64,000 nt of DNA from an uncultured Candidatus Saccharibacteria bacterium (GTDB lineage Bacteria; Patescibacteriota; Doudnabacteria; UBA920): positions 80,772 through 144,771 of the forward strand of contig CAZEKH010000003.1 of assembly GCA_964512925.1 (NCBI GenBank). Direction: 5' to 3'. Positions within the stretch are counted from its first letter, which is position 1. Every line of letters starts with the position of its first letter. The position numbers were made by a program, and so were the translations under genes. Shown in pieces: positions 10,114-20,075 of the stretch. Below the pieces are notes generated by a model that ran no database searches, had not been told where the DNA came from, and saw nothing but the letters and a program-made list of their open reading frames with translations.

Positions 10114-10887
10114 CTATTTGACTTCAAAGGTCACTGTAACGGTTTCCACTAAATCCTGTTGTCCTGGCTGAATGTTCGGAGAACCCGCTTCCAGGCCTGA
10201 GGATCCACCCCCTCCGCCCTTTCCATAATCCATATAAGGCATTGGGAAATTTGAGGTATAATTTTCAGCAATATTTACAACTTTACCAATCTTTAAGCCT
10301 GACACTTTCGCCAAATCCTGGGCCTTGGCCTTGGCTTTCTCAATTGCCAGCTTTTGAGCCTGCATTTTCATCGCATCAGGGTCCTCAAAACCCAAAGTAA
10401 CTCCGTCAATTTGGTTTGCCCCTTGCTCCAAAGATCCTCTTAGTACCTTGTTTAAAGCTTCTGTTGATTTGTCAACTTGCTTGATTTTTATGACAATGGA
10501 CTGGTTTAACTGGTATCCGGTTATTAGATTTTTTCCGTTCGTATAGTCATATTGTGGATAGATATTAAACTGCGAAGTGGAAATGTCGTCTTTATTGACT
10601 CCGACAGACTTTACAAATTCCACGATTTTTTTTATTTTTTCGCTATTTTCCGCCTGCACATTAGCCGGATTTGCCCCTTGGGTAACAACACCCAAAGATA
10701 CAGTGGCTAAATCCGGAATAGCCTTAACTTTGCCTTCGGAAGTGACAGCCATAGTTTTTTGCGGATATATTTTACCAGACCACTTATCCGCTAAATCCTG
10801 ACCTTTGCCAATAAAAATTAGCCCCAAAACCCCTGCTAAAAGCACCAAACTCACCTTTGCGGCTTTGCCGCTTAAAATTTCGTTCAT
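10114..10887 (-). CDS. SIMPL/BP26-family periplasmic protein (DUF541)
   Basis: Signal/TM N-terminus, and C-terminus ...NIQPGQQDLVETVTVTFEVK, typical of SIMPL-domain proteins. Confidence 0.7.
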   Translation of the reverse strand: MNEILSGKAAKVSLVLLAGVLGLIFIGKGQDLADKWSGKIYPQKTMAVTSEGKVKAIPDLATVSLGVVTQGANPANVQAENSEKIKKIVEFVKSVGVNKDDISTSQFNIYPQYDYTNGKNLITGYQLNQSIVIKIKQVDKSTEALNKVLRGSLEQGANQIDGVTLGFEDPDAMKMQAQKLAIEKAKAKAQDLAKVSGLKIGKVVNIAENYTSNFPMPYMDYGKGGGGGSSGLEAGSPNIQPGQQDLVETVTVTFEVK

Positions 10888-10994
10888 AATTGAATGTCCT
10901 TTTATTTTGCGTTTGCCGAATATACGACAAACTTAATATAATGGAATTTTTAATTTTCTATATTATACTATACGGATTAAAATATAAATAGTTA

Positions 10995-11026
10995 CAAAAC
11001 CACCACCCTTTTCGGGTGGTGGTTTT
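10995..11026 (-). terminator. bidirectional rho-independent terminator. It is probably the original terminator of the rplM-rpsI operon, now displaced by the prophage.
   Basis: aaaaccaccaccc-ttttc-gggtggtggttttt is a perfect 9-bp GC-rich stem with A/T runs on both sides. On the minus strand it lies directly downstream of the remnant 'QWAKR*' rpsI 3' end at 11095-11112. Confidence 0.6.
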
Positions 11027-11263
11027 TGAGCTGTGTAATTTGTTTCTATCAGTGTTCCACCTTGCCAAGCAATGCGTGGCAGGTCTGAGGACAATTATCT
11101 CTTCGCCCACTGAAAGGGGCTTCAAGCATTTTTCAGGCCGTATAAGTCAATTTTTGGCTTTCCAGCAAGTTTCGTATATTTGGCTGTAAAAGTGCCTTTT
11201 TTACCTTACATATACAGTATATATGAAGCCTTAACACTTGTCAACTGGACTTATCCACAAGCA

Positions 11264-11422
11264 TTAACATTTATATAATTCTTTGTTCTCTTGGAATAAT
11301 TGCACACATCTTGGTCTTGAAATTTTGTAAAATTGCGCAAGTTGCCCCCAAGTCCATAACTTAGGATTTTTCAAACGCTTTTTGACCAATTCTTTATTTC
11401 GTTTTTCATTTTTTGGATACAT
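11264..11422 (-). CDS. small HTH protein (candidate excisionase/regulator), 52 aa. Not in the ORF track because it is below the size cutoff.
   Basis: Manual translation gives MYPKNEKRNKELVKKRLKNPKLWTWGQLAQFYKISRPRCVQLFQENKELYKC. The WGQLAQFYKISRPRCVQL stretch is helix-turn-helix-like. It sits between the integrase and attL. Confidence 0.35.
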   Translation of the reverse strand: MYPKNEKRNKELVKKRLKNPKLWTWGQLAQFYKISRPRCVQLFQENKELYKC

Positions 11423-11453
11423 AGAAATATAATAACTCTGTGTTAAGCCTTTG

Positions 11454-12416
11454 TCAAATTTTTTTATTTAAAATTTTATGCCTTATCAAAACCTTAGACA
11501 TTCCATAGGTTAATTCCACCGGATCGGAAAAACCTTTTTTCTCAAATATGCGCCGGTGCTCATCTTGGCTCCGCTCTTTAGTCCAAGCCGTATAGTGCCT
11601 AAGTGTTGTCCTTTCGCTTTCGTGTCTGCATAGGTTTTGTACTGTTTTAATATCAGCCCCGCCCCTCAAAAGTTCCGTTGCAAATGTTGACCTAAAAATA
11701 TGTGGGTGTATTCTTTTGGTTATGCCCGCCCGCCTCATAGCCGTATGTATTGACCGCCGTATATTGCAAGGCTTAGCCCGGCGCCCGGTAAAACTTACAA
11801 AAAGAGGCTCAAAATTATCATTGCGCATTTCCAAATAACGCCTAACCCAGCTTAAACTTTCATCAGTAAAATAGATTTTACCTTCGGAATAAGGCGCTTT
11901 TCCGCTTTTTATTTTAGCCTCTTTTTTATACCAATCAATTGTTGATCTGTCTAAACCCAAAGCCTCCCCTATCCTCATACCAGTACACCGTAAAACCTCA
12001 ACCAGCGCCCGATCCCTAAGCCCTACGATCCAATTAGTATCAAAAGCATTTTGTACTCTTTCCCATTCTTCCGGGTCTAAAAATTCAATCATTTTTTTAG
12101 GCTCTTTAGGTAACCTTATATCCCGCCAATCAAAATCTAGTTTATATCCGGACTGTTTTATATACCATAACAACTGCCGAAAAACTACGCCCGCCCTAAG
12201 TGGTCCATATTTGCCGTGGTTCCGTGCTTCCTCATAGCACAAAGCAACATCGGTCATTTTCAGGTTTTTTATATCCTTTTCGCCTACTCGCGAAAAAGCA
12301 TTTTCAAATTGTTTTTTATAATCATACAAAGTTTTTGGGTTTAAACCGAGCTTTTGCTTATGCTCAATAAGTCCATTAAAAAAATCTTTTAGCTTCATAA
12401 AATGACAAAGACCCAC
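11454..12416 (-). CDS. int: phage integrase, tyrosine recombinase family
   Basis: C-terminal catalytic region contains R...HPHIFRSTFAT...LCRHESERTTLRHY (R-H-R-Y tetrad pattern). The start is more likely the internal ATG (MKLKDFF) near 12398. Confidence 0.9.
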   Translation of the reverse strand: MGLCHFMKLKDFFNGLIEHKQKLGLNPKTLYDYKKQFENAFSRVGEKDIKNLKMTDVALCYEEARNHGKYGPLRAGVVFRQLLWYIKQSGYKLDFDWRDIRLPKEPKKMIEFLDPEEWERVQNAFDTNWIVGLRDRALVEVLRCTGMRIGEALGLDRSTIDWYKKEAKIKSGKAPYSEGKIYFTDESLSWVRRYLEMRNDNFEPLFVSFTGRRAKPCNIRRSIHTAMRRAGITKRIHPHIFRSTFATELLRGGADIKTVQNLCRHESERTTLRHYTAWTKERSQDEHRRIFEKKGFSDPVELTYGMSKVLIRHKILNKKI

Positions 12417-12435
12417 TGACGCGAATCAGTGGGTT
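12411..12435. other. perfect hairpin cccactg-acgcgaat-cagtggg overlapping the integrase start region
   Basis: 7-bp perfect stem followed by ttt. A possible operator or terminator. Seen directly in the sequence. Confidence 0.4.
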
Positions 12436-12889
12436 TATTTGCCCGTTCCAGCTTGCACCTTGCGGCGTTTGGCTGGGCGTTTAGGTTTTTGTTTCAAAAA
12501 CCCCGACAAGTTTCCCTGTCTTTTTAATTATACCAAATTAAAAAACAAGGATAAACCCTATTGTTCGCGTCAACCGCGTATTTGCGGCAAGCCTGTAAAG
12601 GCCAATAGGTATATTAATTTATAACTTTGTATTATAGGCTTATACACAACTTTGTCAAGAAAAACCCCGTATAACGCCACGGGGTAACGGCGTAGATATT
12701 GGATCACCCCCTCTCACTGCGTGTATTGGCTGAAATTCGGGCTGTATAAGCCCTCCTCTCTATGGACTCGGACAGTGGGTTTCGGGTTTAGGCAGGTACG
12801 GTGGTAGTCCTGCCCCTCAATGTTTCGGCGGTTGGGGTCGTGCGGAGCTACTTTGATGTGGCAGATTGCGCAGTGGTCTGGCAGATTGG

Positions 12890-13159
12890 TCATTCTTTAC
12901 CTTCGTCTTTCAGGCCAGAGATATGGGCTGTGGCCAAGAATTTTCGGTCGTATTCGGTCATTTCGGGTTCGGGTGGTTTGGGTGCCATTTTCGCCAAATT
13001 TTCAAACGGGGCGATGACTGCGATCTGTTGGTAGCACCTTGGGCATTTCCACTCAAACCGCATTTCTAGGTTATCGGTTACGCCGACTTCATCAACTTGG
13101 TTGACTCGGTGCTGGCAATTTTGACAAGCGAAGCCCATAACAGTATATCTGGTGGACAT
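12890..13159 (-). CDS. zinc-ribbon protein (CxxC...CxxC), hypothetical
   Basis: CQNCQH...CPRCYQ motifs. It lies in an unusually GC-rich segment with several overlapping ORFs on both strands, so the call is uncertain. Confidence 0.3.
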   Translation of the reverse strand: MSTRYTVMGFACQNCQHRVNQVDEVGVTDNLEMRFEWKCPRCYQQIAVIAPFENLAKMAPKPPEPEMTEYDRKFLATAHISGLKDEGKE

Positions 13160-13421
13160 TTTTGTGCCTCCGGCCGTATGGCATTGTTGGGTTGGTGTTT
13201 AAGACAAATTTTGGCAAGCACCGCATCACTCTGGACGAATTGGTGCGTGGTAACTGACCCGCAAAACTGGCAAAAACTGCCTTGATATCCAATTAGCATT
13301 TATCCTCCAAATTTAATGTAGACGGCCAAATTGCCCGCTTTTTTTATTTTGGTTTTTTGTAAAAAAAACAGACAGGTTATTTGATCGGGATTTAGCCGCC
13401 CCCATTAAAAAATAAACCAGC

Positions 13422-13706
13422 CTAAGCCGGTTTATTTGAATTATCGGTTATGTATTTACGGACAAAGTTAATTAAAGCACTCCAACCAACCCAAACCAAC
13501 GGCGTGAGATTATAGCTTCCGGCCGAAAAGAAAAACGCCCCGATACTAAAAGCATTCCAGTGTAAGGTAAAATCAGCACCAGTTAGTTGTGTTGTAATTT
13601 GTGTTGCAACAGCTCCACCCATTGCAATTAAAAGTCCACGTAAAACGCTTTTAACTTCGTTTGTGTTAATACTAAAATTTTCTGATCCTAAAGGAAATTT
13701 AGCCAT
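13422..13706 (-). CDS. small membrane protein (holin-like candidate)
   Basis: 94 aa with two hydrophobic segments. Adjacent to the candidate lysin. Confidence 0.3.
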   Translation of the reverse strand: MAKFPLGSENFSINTNEVKSVLRGLLIAMGGAVATQITTQLTGADFTLHWNAFSIGAFFFSAGSYNLTPLVWVGWSALINFVRKYITDNSNKPA

Positions 13707-13819
13707 ATATTTAGTAAGCTATTTTAATTTTGAAAAAATAATTTAAGTAAGCTGCGATTATTAGACAGAGGTAATATATAAGTATTAAACCTGCGCAAGC
13801 CGCGGCAAACATTAAAATT

Positions 13820-14704
13820 TTAAGCATTTGTAACTGGCAAATTTATTGTTGGTTCATCACCTTTAAATTCAAATGCCTGTTTTAAGTTTTCCAAGGCATT
13901 CATATCTTTTGCAAACCCGCCACCGAAAGTAAAACCCTCGGTCACGAGTACGCCAATTTTGTCGCCTTGTTTTATAAAAAATCTATTGACCATTATATCC
14001 TTCCAGTTTTCAGGCAAATCCCGAAAACTTTTTACCCCGGTTAGTGGATAATCGGGATTTAATTTTTTAAATTCTCGACCGATTGAATCTTGAATATACA
14101 TATAACCCAAAGCATCAATGTAGTACAGAGTTACGGCGTGGTACGCTTCTATTTTGCTTGGAGTTTGAACCATACCCTCTTTTTCCCAATTTCCGTCAAT
14201 GCCGACCGCTATTTGTAGTGGGCTATGATCTAGTGCGTCTACCATTGCCGCCCTGCCATAAACCCAGCTATGATTTCCGCCCTTATACACCTTTTGCCCG
14301 GTATTGTTTGGCAAATCAAAAATTTTCTTCCAAATAACATCGCCCCCATACTTGACCATTTCTTCGGTAAATGGACAGTCTTGTTCTTTTCTAACCCCAA
14401 CCTTTCGGAAAAATTCCGAAACCGGCTCCATGCTGTTACCTGTGATTGTTGTACCAGATATTACACCCAACTCTCTGTCAGAAAAATTTATATCAATTCC
14501 TTGTTTTTTACCTACCGCCTCGGCACAATTTAAGCGCGAAAAAGAAACACAAAACGGAATCCAGTATTGCCTCTCACGAGCGGGTAAAAATTTAATCCAA
14601 TTAAAACTTTCGCGCACTTCCCCGGCCCCGACGTTAAAAATTAGATCATATACCGCTGATCCGGGTTTTATACTTTCTGGTATGTAGCCGTATGGTTTAT
14701 ACAT
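13820..14704 (-). CDS. putative cysteine-peptidase-like protein (candidate endolysin)
   Basis: Candidate Cys in SRLNCAEAVG, and His in a papain-like EAYHAVTLYYIDALGY context. Flanked by two small membrane proteins. The assignment is weak. Confidence 0.3.
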   Translation of the reverse strand: MYKPYGYIPESIKPGSAVYDLIFNVGAGEVRESFNWIKFLPARERQYWIPFCVSFSRLNCAEAVGKKQGIDINFSDRELGVISGTTITGNSMEPVSEFFRKVGVRKEQDCPFTEEMVKYGGDVIWKKIFDLPNNTGQKVYKGGNHSWVYGRAAMVDALDHSPLQIAVGIDGNWEKEGMVQTPSKIEAYHAVTLYYIDALGYMYIQDSIGREFKKLNPDYPLTGVKSFRDLPENWKDIMVNRFFIKQGDKIGVLVTEGFTFGGGFAKDMNALENLKQAFEFKGDEPTINLPVTNA

Positions 14705-14705
14705 A

Positions 14706-15011
14706 TTATTTTAGAATTTTTTTAATCCAAATTTGTAAAATTCCAGTTGTTTCAATGCCTAACCACCCGCCAGTTCCAGCAACTGACAAAGTTAAATACT
14801 CATTAGTCCCAAATAAGCTCACCGCAATAAATCCAGTTATAATTCCAAAAAAAGAGGACATAACACTTAAAGCTATAAAATCTAAAAAACCTTTACTTTC
14901 GCCTGTTCTGTGTTTATTTATTGCGTTTGCTAAGCCGCCTATAAGAGCCACTAATCCGTGCTTATAAGCTATTGTTTCCGAAACAATTTTTGATGATTCT
15001 AAGTCTGGCAT
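14706..15011 (-). CDS. small membrane protein (holin-like candidate)
   Basis: 101 aa, with hydrophobic helices LVALIGGLANAI and FFGIITGFIAVSLFG. Confidence 0.3.
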   Translation of the reverse strand: MPDLESSKIVSETIAYKHGLVALIGGLANAINKHRTGESKGFLDFIALSVMSSFFGIITGFIAVSLFGTNEYLTLSVAGTGGWLGIETTGILQIWIKKILK

Positions 15012-15054
15012 TTTTTCTCCTAAACTTTTTTTATTTTAAAAAAGTGTTTAATTT

Positions 15055-15750
15055 TTAAATTTCTGAAATAACCGTAAAATTTACTCCTACTCCGCCGCCG
15101 CCAATTGTCCAAGTTAAAATAACATTGGTAGAATCAACGCTGATCGTTGCTATATTGTAAGTTCCGGTTCCTGCTTGGATATAAATAATATATGTGGTAT
15201 CAGTAGCCGATCCCGATGATCCGCTAGTCTGATAATATGAGGTTGCAGTAGAAGACCCATTGTATACTCCGATAGACATCACCCCAGCCGTTCCTCCATA
15301 CGCATAAATTGTTACTTTTTTGGGTATTGCTCCTAAGTTGTGGGCTATATTTTGAGTTCCACCCGAGCCGGCTGCCCTGCTGGATGTAACAACGGTAGTT
15401 ATTGGCTGGCGGTAACTGTCTAAAATAAAATCTGTCCCATCATAGTAAACCTGAACAATTTGCCCCGCCACAATATCGCCGGTTAGCAAATCATATTTTG
15501 TTGACCCAACATATTTTTTTATAGTTTTAACCCCAAGAGAATTTACATTCAAAGTCGCGGCGCCGGTATTTCCTACATCCGCTTTAAATCTAAAAACATC
15601 CCCGGTTGTTAAACTTCCAGGCGTTGGGGTAATGGTTACAACATAACTATCGTTGCCGGTAGACGATGCCGCATATCCTCCCGCCACTTGGACTATTCCG
15701 TTTAGGTCAGCCGCCGGCAAATTATTTCCTGCGCTATAAATTTTAGGCAT
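15055..15750 (-). CDS. tail fiber-like protein (Gly/Thr/Ser-rich)
   Basis: Low-complexity G/S/T-rich beta-type sequence. It lies at the distal end of the tail module. Confidence 0.4.
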   Translation of the reverse strand: MPKIYSAGNNLPAADLNGIVQVAGGYAASSTGNDSYVVTITPTPGSLTTGDVFRFKADVGNTGAATLNVNSLGVKTIKKYVGSTKYDLLTGDIVAGQIVQVYYDGTDFILDSYRQPITTVVTSSRAAGSGGTQNIAHNLGAIPKKVTIYAYGGTAGVMSIGVYNGSSTATSYYQTSGSSGSATDTTYIIYIQAGTGTYNIATISVDSTNVILTWTIGGGGVGVNFTVISEI

Positions 15751-15759
15751 AAAATTAAA

Positions 15760-16317
15760 TTAGTTAATTGTGTATTGGCACGAAACAAACAAGCTTTGCA
15801 CGCTAGATTTTACCCAGCCGCCGGTTGCGATATAACTAAAAAGTTGACCAGTGTTTGCCCCGGCTGATCCGTCAATAAAATTTCCAAACTCGGTAAAAGT
15901 TCCGCTGGTATCGGTGGAAGCATAGAAAAAGTCTATATAAGCGATGTTAGACGAGTATGTTGCGCTACTATTGAGTTTTCTGTATGTTTCCGTTCCCAAC
16001 TGTGTCGCGCCATTGACTATTGACGGGCTGGCCTGCGTTCCCAGCGCACCATAGTTTATTGCACCAGTATAGGTAGTATTTCCAGCCAGCCGGCGGGCTA
16101 AAACATTGCGTCCGGCGGTAACTACAATGTTATGTTTTTCCCAAACTTCGCCCAGCAAAACACCCTTTTCCCGCAAATACTTATAAATCAATTTGTCATT
16201 ATTTCGGATCGCCTGCCTAAGTAGATCCAAATACTTTGACCCCTCTTTAACCCACCCGGCTAAAGTGAATTTTCGGATGTTAACTTTAACCCCTAAATCA
16301 GATTTAACATTTTTCAT
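15760..16317 (-). CDS. phage tail-associated hypothetical protein
   Basis: ORF in the tail module. No motif found. Confidence 0.3.
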   Translation of the reverse strand: MKNVKSDLGVKVNIRKFTLAGWVKEGSKYLDLLRQAIRNNDKLIYKYLREKGVLLGEVWEKHNIVVTAGRNVLARRLAGNTTYTGAINYGALGTQASPSIVNGATQLGTETYRKLNSSATYSSNIAYIDFFYASTDTSGTFTEFGNFIDGSAGANTGQLFSYIATGGWVKSSVQSLFVSCQYTIN

Positions 16318-16324
16318 ATTGTTA

Positions 16325-17827
16325 TTAAGTTAATTTAAAATTTCTGTCTAAAAATCCCTCTCTTTTAGTGTCTAAAATACTGCTCGGAAAATATGGGGCC
16401 AAAACCCAGCTCGGTTCTACCCCCGCGCCCAAGGGATCTTTTTGGATGTTCTCTGTAATTGTTATGGTTATATTATCTGTTACTGCCGTGCCAACTGTAA
16501 TACTTTCAGTTATAGTTATGGTTGCGATGTCGGTTTTTATAGTTTCCGTGGTTTCCGAATCTGCGGACTTTAAATCTGTTGGCTGTAAAATACTTTGTAA
16601 TAACTCCGTTAAATCATATTTTTTTGTGGTAACCAATTGTACGCTATAAACATAGGTATCGGGTTTTAAAGGTTTAAACTTTACCGCACGAATTATAAAG
16701 TCTGTGTTTGTAGTTCGCCTGCTGCTGTTTAAATTTATAACCATCCCTGCCCTGAGTCCTGATGTATAAGTATCAAAGTTAGCTTCGGTTTGCTGGTCTT
16801 TATAGGCGGATAATTCCCCAACCGCTCTTTTTCTGGCAGTGGCTAAATCTTCAATGCTTGAATCCTCAATTAGTTTTTCTTTAACCCCATAAGTTGCAAT
16901 AGAAGCCGGATCGCTGGCAACCGCTAAAACTCTAACTTTTGGATTTCCGCTAAACTTTATTTTGTTGCCGTCAGCAAGCGCCGAGGCAAATTTAATGGTC
17001 TGATCATTGTAGTTATATAAAACATCGTGTGTAGTAAAATCATTTATGAAGTCAACACCAACGGTTTTTGAAACATAACCGGCGCCAGTATCCAGCTGAA
17101 CGGTTAAGTTTGAAAATTTATAAGGCAGTTTAAAAGTTGCCTGGGTGTTTCCATTGACCGTAATAATGTCTTGGTAAGAACTGGCTTCATATTCTCCGCC
17201 CCTAACCTTAACTTGGTTTGCAATTTGTGAACCGTCAATTTTTCTTTCTAGAGAATTAATAATATAATTTCCGCTCGTATCGGTTAAATTAAATGGTGCG
17301 GTATTGGTATACTTGCTAAAAAAATGGAGGTCTTTGTCCGGGTCTACATACCAGTCAAACTTAACCATGTCCGCAAGTCTTTTTAAACACTGGCTAATTG
17401 CAACTTGGTTAAAAACCACTTTACCTATCACAATTGGGCAATCAACATTTGTACCCGTAAAACCCGTAGCGAAGTTTGTTAGAATGTCGGCAATAATAGC
17501 ATTAACGGTCATGCCGGAATAACTTTGAGAAACTAACAAAGAATCTAAGTCGAAAGAATAATCTGCGCAATCAACTGTGTATACAATTCCATCTGCTCCA
17601 TTTAAAAACTTTTCGGAAATTCTTACAATTCTTCCGCCAAAAATTTTACTAGAACCGTCATATACCAAAACAGTATCTAGTACAGCCGGCACATAACTTC
17701 TTGATCCATATTTTCTATAACTAAATTTAGAAGTGTCGCGTTGCGCACCTAAAATTTGTTGGACTTCTAAACTGCCCTTGTCGAGCAGACTAGTTCTGTC
17801 AGTTCCATTAATAACAACTTGGATCAT
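16325..17827 (-). CDS. phage tail protein (Dit/Tal-like, immediately after the tape measure gene)
   Basis: 500-aa protein directly downstream of the tape measure gene. Assigned by position. Confidence 0.4.
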   Translation of the reverse strand: MIQVVINGTDRTSLLDKGSLEVQQILGAQRDTSKFSYRKYGSRSYVPAVLDTVLVYDGSSKIFGGRIVRISEKFLNGADGIVYTVDCADYSFDLDSLLVSQSYSGMTVNAIIADILTNFATGFTGTNVDCPIVIGKVVFNQVAISQCLKRLADMVKFDWYVDPDKDLHFFSKYTNTAPFNLTDTSGNYIINSLERKIDGSQIANQVKVRGGEYEASSYQDIITVNGNTQATFKLPYKFSNLTVQLDTGAGYVSKTVGVDFINDFTTHDVLYNYNDQTIKFASALADGNKIKFSGNPKVRVLAVASDPASIATYGVKEKLIEDSSIEDLATARKRAVGELSAYKDQQTEANFDTYTSGLRAGMVINLNSSRRTTNTDFIIRAVKFKPLKPDTYVYSVQLVTTKKYDLTELLQSILQPTDLKSADSETTETIKTDIATITITESITVGTAVTDNITITITENIQKDPLGAGVEPSWVLAPYFPSSILDTKREGFLDRNFKLT

Positions 17828-17830
17828 AAA

Positions 17831-19276
17831 TTAAAAGCTATATTTGCCGTTTAAACTTAACTTTGACATTATTGCCTCTTCAACTTTTTGCACTAACTCG
17901 TTACCGGAAATATCGCCGTAAACATTTACCACGACACTACTACCCGCATTATTTCCACCCAAAGACCCTGGGTTTTTTGTGGCTATTATAAAATCATCTG
18001 GGTGTGTAGTTATTATTTGTCCATTCTGAATAACTCCGTCATTAACACCCAAGAAATTTTTTGCCGAACTAAAACCACTTCCAATCGCCCCACCTACAGC
18101 ATTTATACCTCCCTTTAATTTATCGAGCGCATTAAATAATGGTTGTAATTTTTCATTAATCCAATCAATCGCTTTTTTAAATATATCCTTTATTCCTTCC
18201 CAAACATCAAAAAAGTATTGTTTTATTGCATTCCATTTTTCAGTAATTATTATTCTAATACCATCAAAAGTTTGATAAAAAAAGTCTTTTATTTTTGTCC
18301 AAATTTGAACGGCCTTTTGGGATATAATATCCCAGTTCATATACAACGCCACACCTATAGCAATCAAAGCTGTAATGGCAAGTATTACAAGACCAATGGG
18401 GCTAAGAAGTAATCCAATAGCTGCAATTAATCCGGGTAAAATTATTAAAAGTGGACCAACGACAACCAAAAAACCACCGAGAGCAGCTGCAACAATTATT
18501 ATTTGTTCGGTTAACTTTGGATTTTTGTCCATCCAGTCTGATAATCTATCTAACAGTGGTAATAGATGATTATTGACCAGTTTGGTCAAATGGGGATTTA
18601 ATACATTACCAATTTTTTCTCCCAAATCTCCCAATGTTTCATTTAAGATTTTGAGTTGCCCAGTTGGTGTTTTTCCGACTGCTTCAGCCAACCCGCCAAA
18701 CTGACCTTTTAAAGCCTCAATTGCCATAGCCGATCTTTCACTTTGGCTCATGTGTTTTAAAGTTTCGTCGCTAACTAATTTTAAATCCGGGACCAACCTT
18801 TTTAGTGCATCAACCTCACCTAAATATGCCAAAGACAAAACCCTTGTCGCAGCCTCGGCGTTCATTTTTCCACTAGTTTCTATATCTAATGCCAGACTAG
18901 CTAATTCTGTGGCTTTTGTAACATCCTTAACTGTTGGCAACATTAAACCCACAATTTTAGAAGAATACTCATCGGAAATACCCGTTAGTCTTTGAGTTTT
19001 GCTAGAAAATTCTTCAATTGATCTTTTAGTTTTATCAAAATCCAAACCGCTCAGTCTAATTTGTTGTCCTACTTTAGCCCATGCTTCATCGCTGTCTGCG
19101 GCGGCTTTCATTGAAAAACCTAAAGCAGCTACAATTCCACCACCAACTATCGTCGCAGCTTTACCAACCTGATTAAATTGGTCTTCCATTGACTTAATAC
19201 TTGATCCAATTTTTGATATGCTTCCTGTAGCGTTATCAATAGCATTTATTACAATTTGTAATACCGTATTAGACAT
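17831..19276 (-). CDS. tail tape measure protein
   Basis: N-terminal TMP-type region (QIVINAIDNATGSISKIG...), a long internal hydrophobic segment (LGGFLVVVGPLLIILPGLIAAIGLLLSPIGLVILAITALIAIGVALY), and a Gly-rich C-terminus. Confidence 0.55.
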   Translation of the reverse strand: MSNTVLQIVINAIDNATGSISKIGSSIKSMEDQFNQVGKAATIVGGGIVAALGFSMKAAADSDEAWAKVGQQIRLSGLDFDKTKRSIEEFSSKTQRLTGISDEYSSKIVGLMLPTVKDVTKATELASLALDIETSGKMNAEAATRVLSLAYLGEVDALKRLVPDLKLVSDETLKHMSQSERSAMAIEALKGQFGGLAEAVGKTPTGQLKILNETLGDLGEKIGNVLNPHLTKLVNNHLLPLLDRLSDWMDKNPKLTEQIIIVAAALGGFLVVVGPLLIILPGLIAAIGLLLSPIGLVILAITALIAIGVALYMNWDIISQKAVQIWTKIKDFFYQTFDGIRIIITEKWNAIKQYFFDVWEGIKDIFKKAIDWINEKLQPLFNALDKLKGGINAVGGAIGSGFSSAKNFLGVNDGVIQNGQIITTHPDDFIIATKNPGSLGGNNAGSSVVVNVYGDISGNELVQKVEEAIMSKLSLNGKYSF

Positions 19277-19423
19277 ATTTTTTATTTGCCTTTTTTAATT
19301 CGTCAGCCTGATTTTTAAGCCTGTTAGCTATAGCCACAATAAAGTCCCAGCGTTGATCTAAATACTCCTGTTCAGTCCAGCCCATCTCCAAACAAATTGC
19401 AACTTTAAAGTCTTCTATTAGGT

Positions 19424-19756
19424 CTACAGGCTCTTGTCTAAAAAACTTTTTGTTAAATCTAATTCGGAAAAAATGCTATTAATATCAGCTATGTCTATTT
19501 TTCCGACATTCTCAAGACTAACGGGTAAAACATTTCCAGCTTCGTCTTGCAAATTCCATTCCTTAATAATTTTAGTTAGCATTAAAAGTAATTTAGGCTT
19601 GCCGGTTGTTTCACTAAATACATCTATATCGGCGGCTAAAAGACCGTTATAAACTTGTATTACTCCCCCTTCAATACTCTTAAGCTTAATTTCTATTATT
19701 TTTCGTGTGTCTTTTAAAATTGGCATTTTGTTATTTTTTCCCTTACCACTTGACAT
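19424..19756 (-). CDS. hypothetical protein (tail assembly chaperone position)
   Basis: Small acidic ORF between the major tail and tape measure genes. Confidence 0.3.
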   Translation of the reverse strand: MSSGKGKNNKMPILKDTRKIIEIKLKSIEGGVIQVYNGLLAADIDVFSETTGKPKLLLMLTKIIKEWNLQDEAGNVLPVSLENVGKIDIADINSIFSELDLTKSFLDKSL

Positions 19757-19805
19757 AATTAGTTAATTGTTGTATAGTGGTCATATTAATAATTAGATTT
19801 TAAAT

Positions 19806-20072
19806 ATGGATGAAATAATACAAGAGTTTAAATTAAATTTTGGTATTTTTTATAAACTTAGACTGTATAAAGATAAGGTAGTAATTAATAAACTTTTTTC
19901 AAAGAAAGTAATACCAGTCCAAAAAATTGCAAATGTTTCTTATAACAAATTAACTGGCCGAGTATTTATAGAAACATCGGGCGGAGAAAAAACAGTAATT
20001 AGAAGTTTTATTTTTGGTAGCTGGCATAATCCCGAAAAGATACAAGAGGCTATATTAGCACTTATTAAATAA
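19806..20072 (+). CDS. moron gene 1: small bacterial-PH-domain-like protein
   Basis: 88-aa plus-strand ORF embedded in the minus-strand tail module. It resembles the short bPH/YdbT-like fold (inference from pattern only). Confidence 0.4.
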   Translation: MDEIIQEFKLNFGIFYKLRLYKDKVVINKLFSKKVIPVQKIANVSYNKLTGRVFIETSGGEKTVIRSFIFGSWHNPEKIQEAILALIK

Positions 20073-20075
20073 AAA

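Noticed and set aside
10888-11453. tRNA or tmRNA gene as prophage attachment site
   Set aside because: There is no cloverleaf, T-loop (GTTCRANYC) or CCA-end pattern on either strand here or near attR. The att core instead maps onto the rpsI 3' codons.
12801-13069. Three overlapping plus-strand ORFs (61-77 aa)
   Set aside because: They overlap each other and minus-strand ORFs in a GC-rich segment where any frame stays open. There is no motif support.
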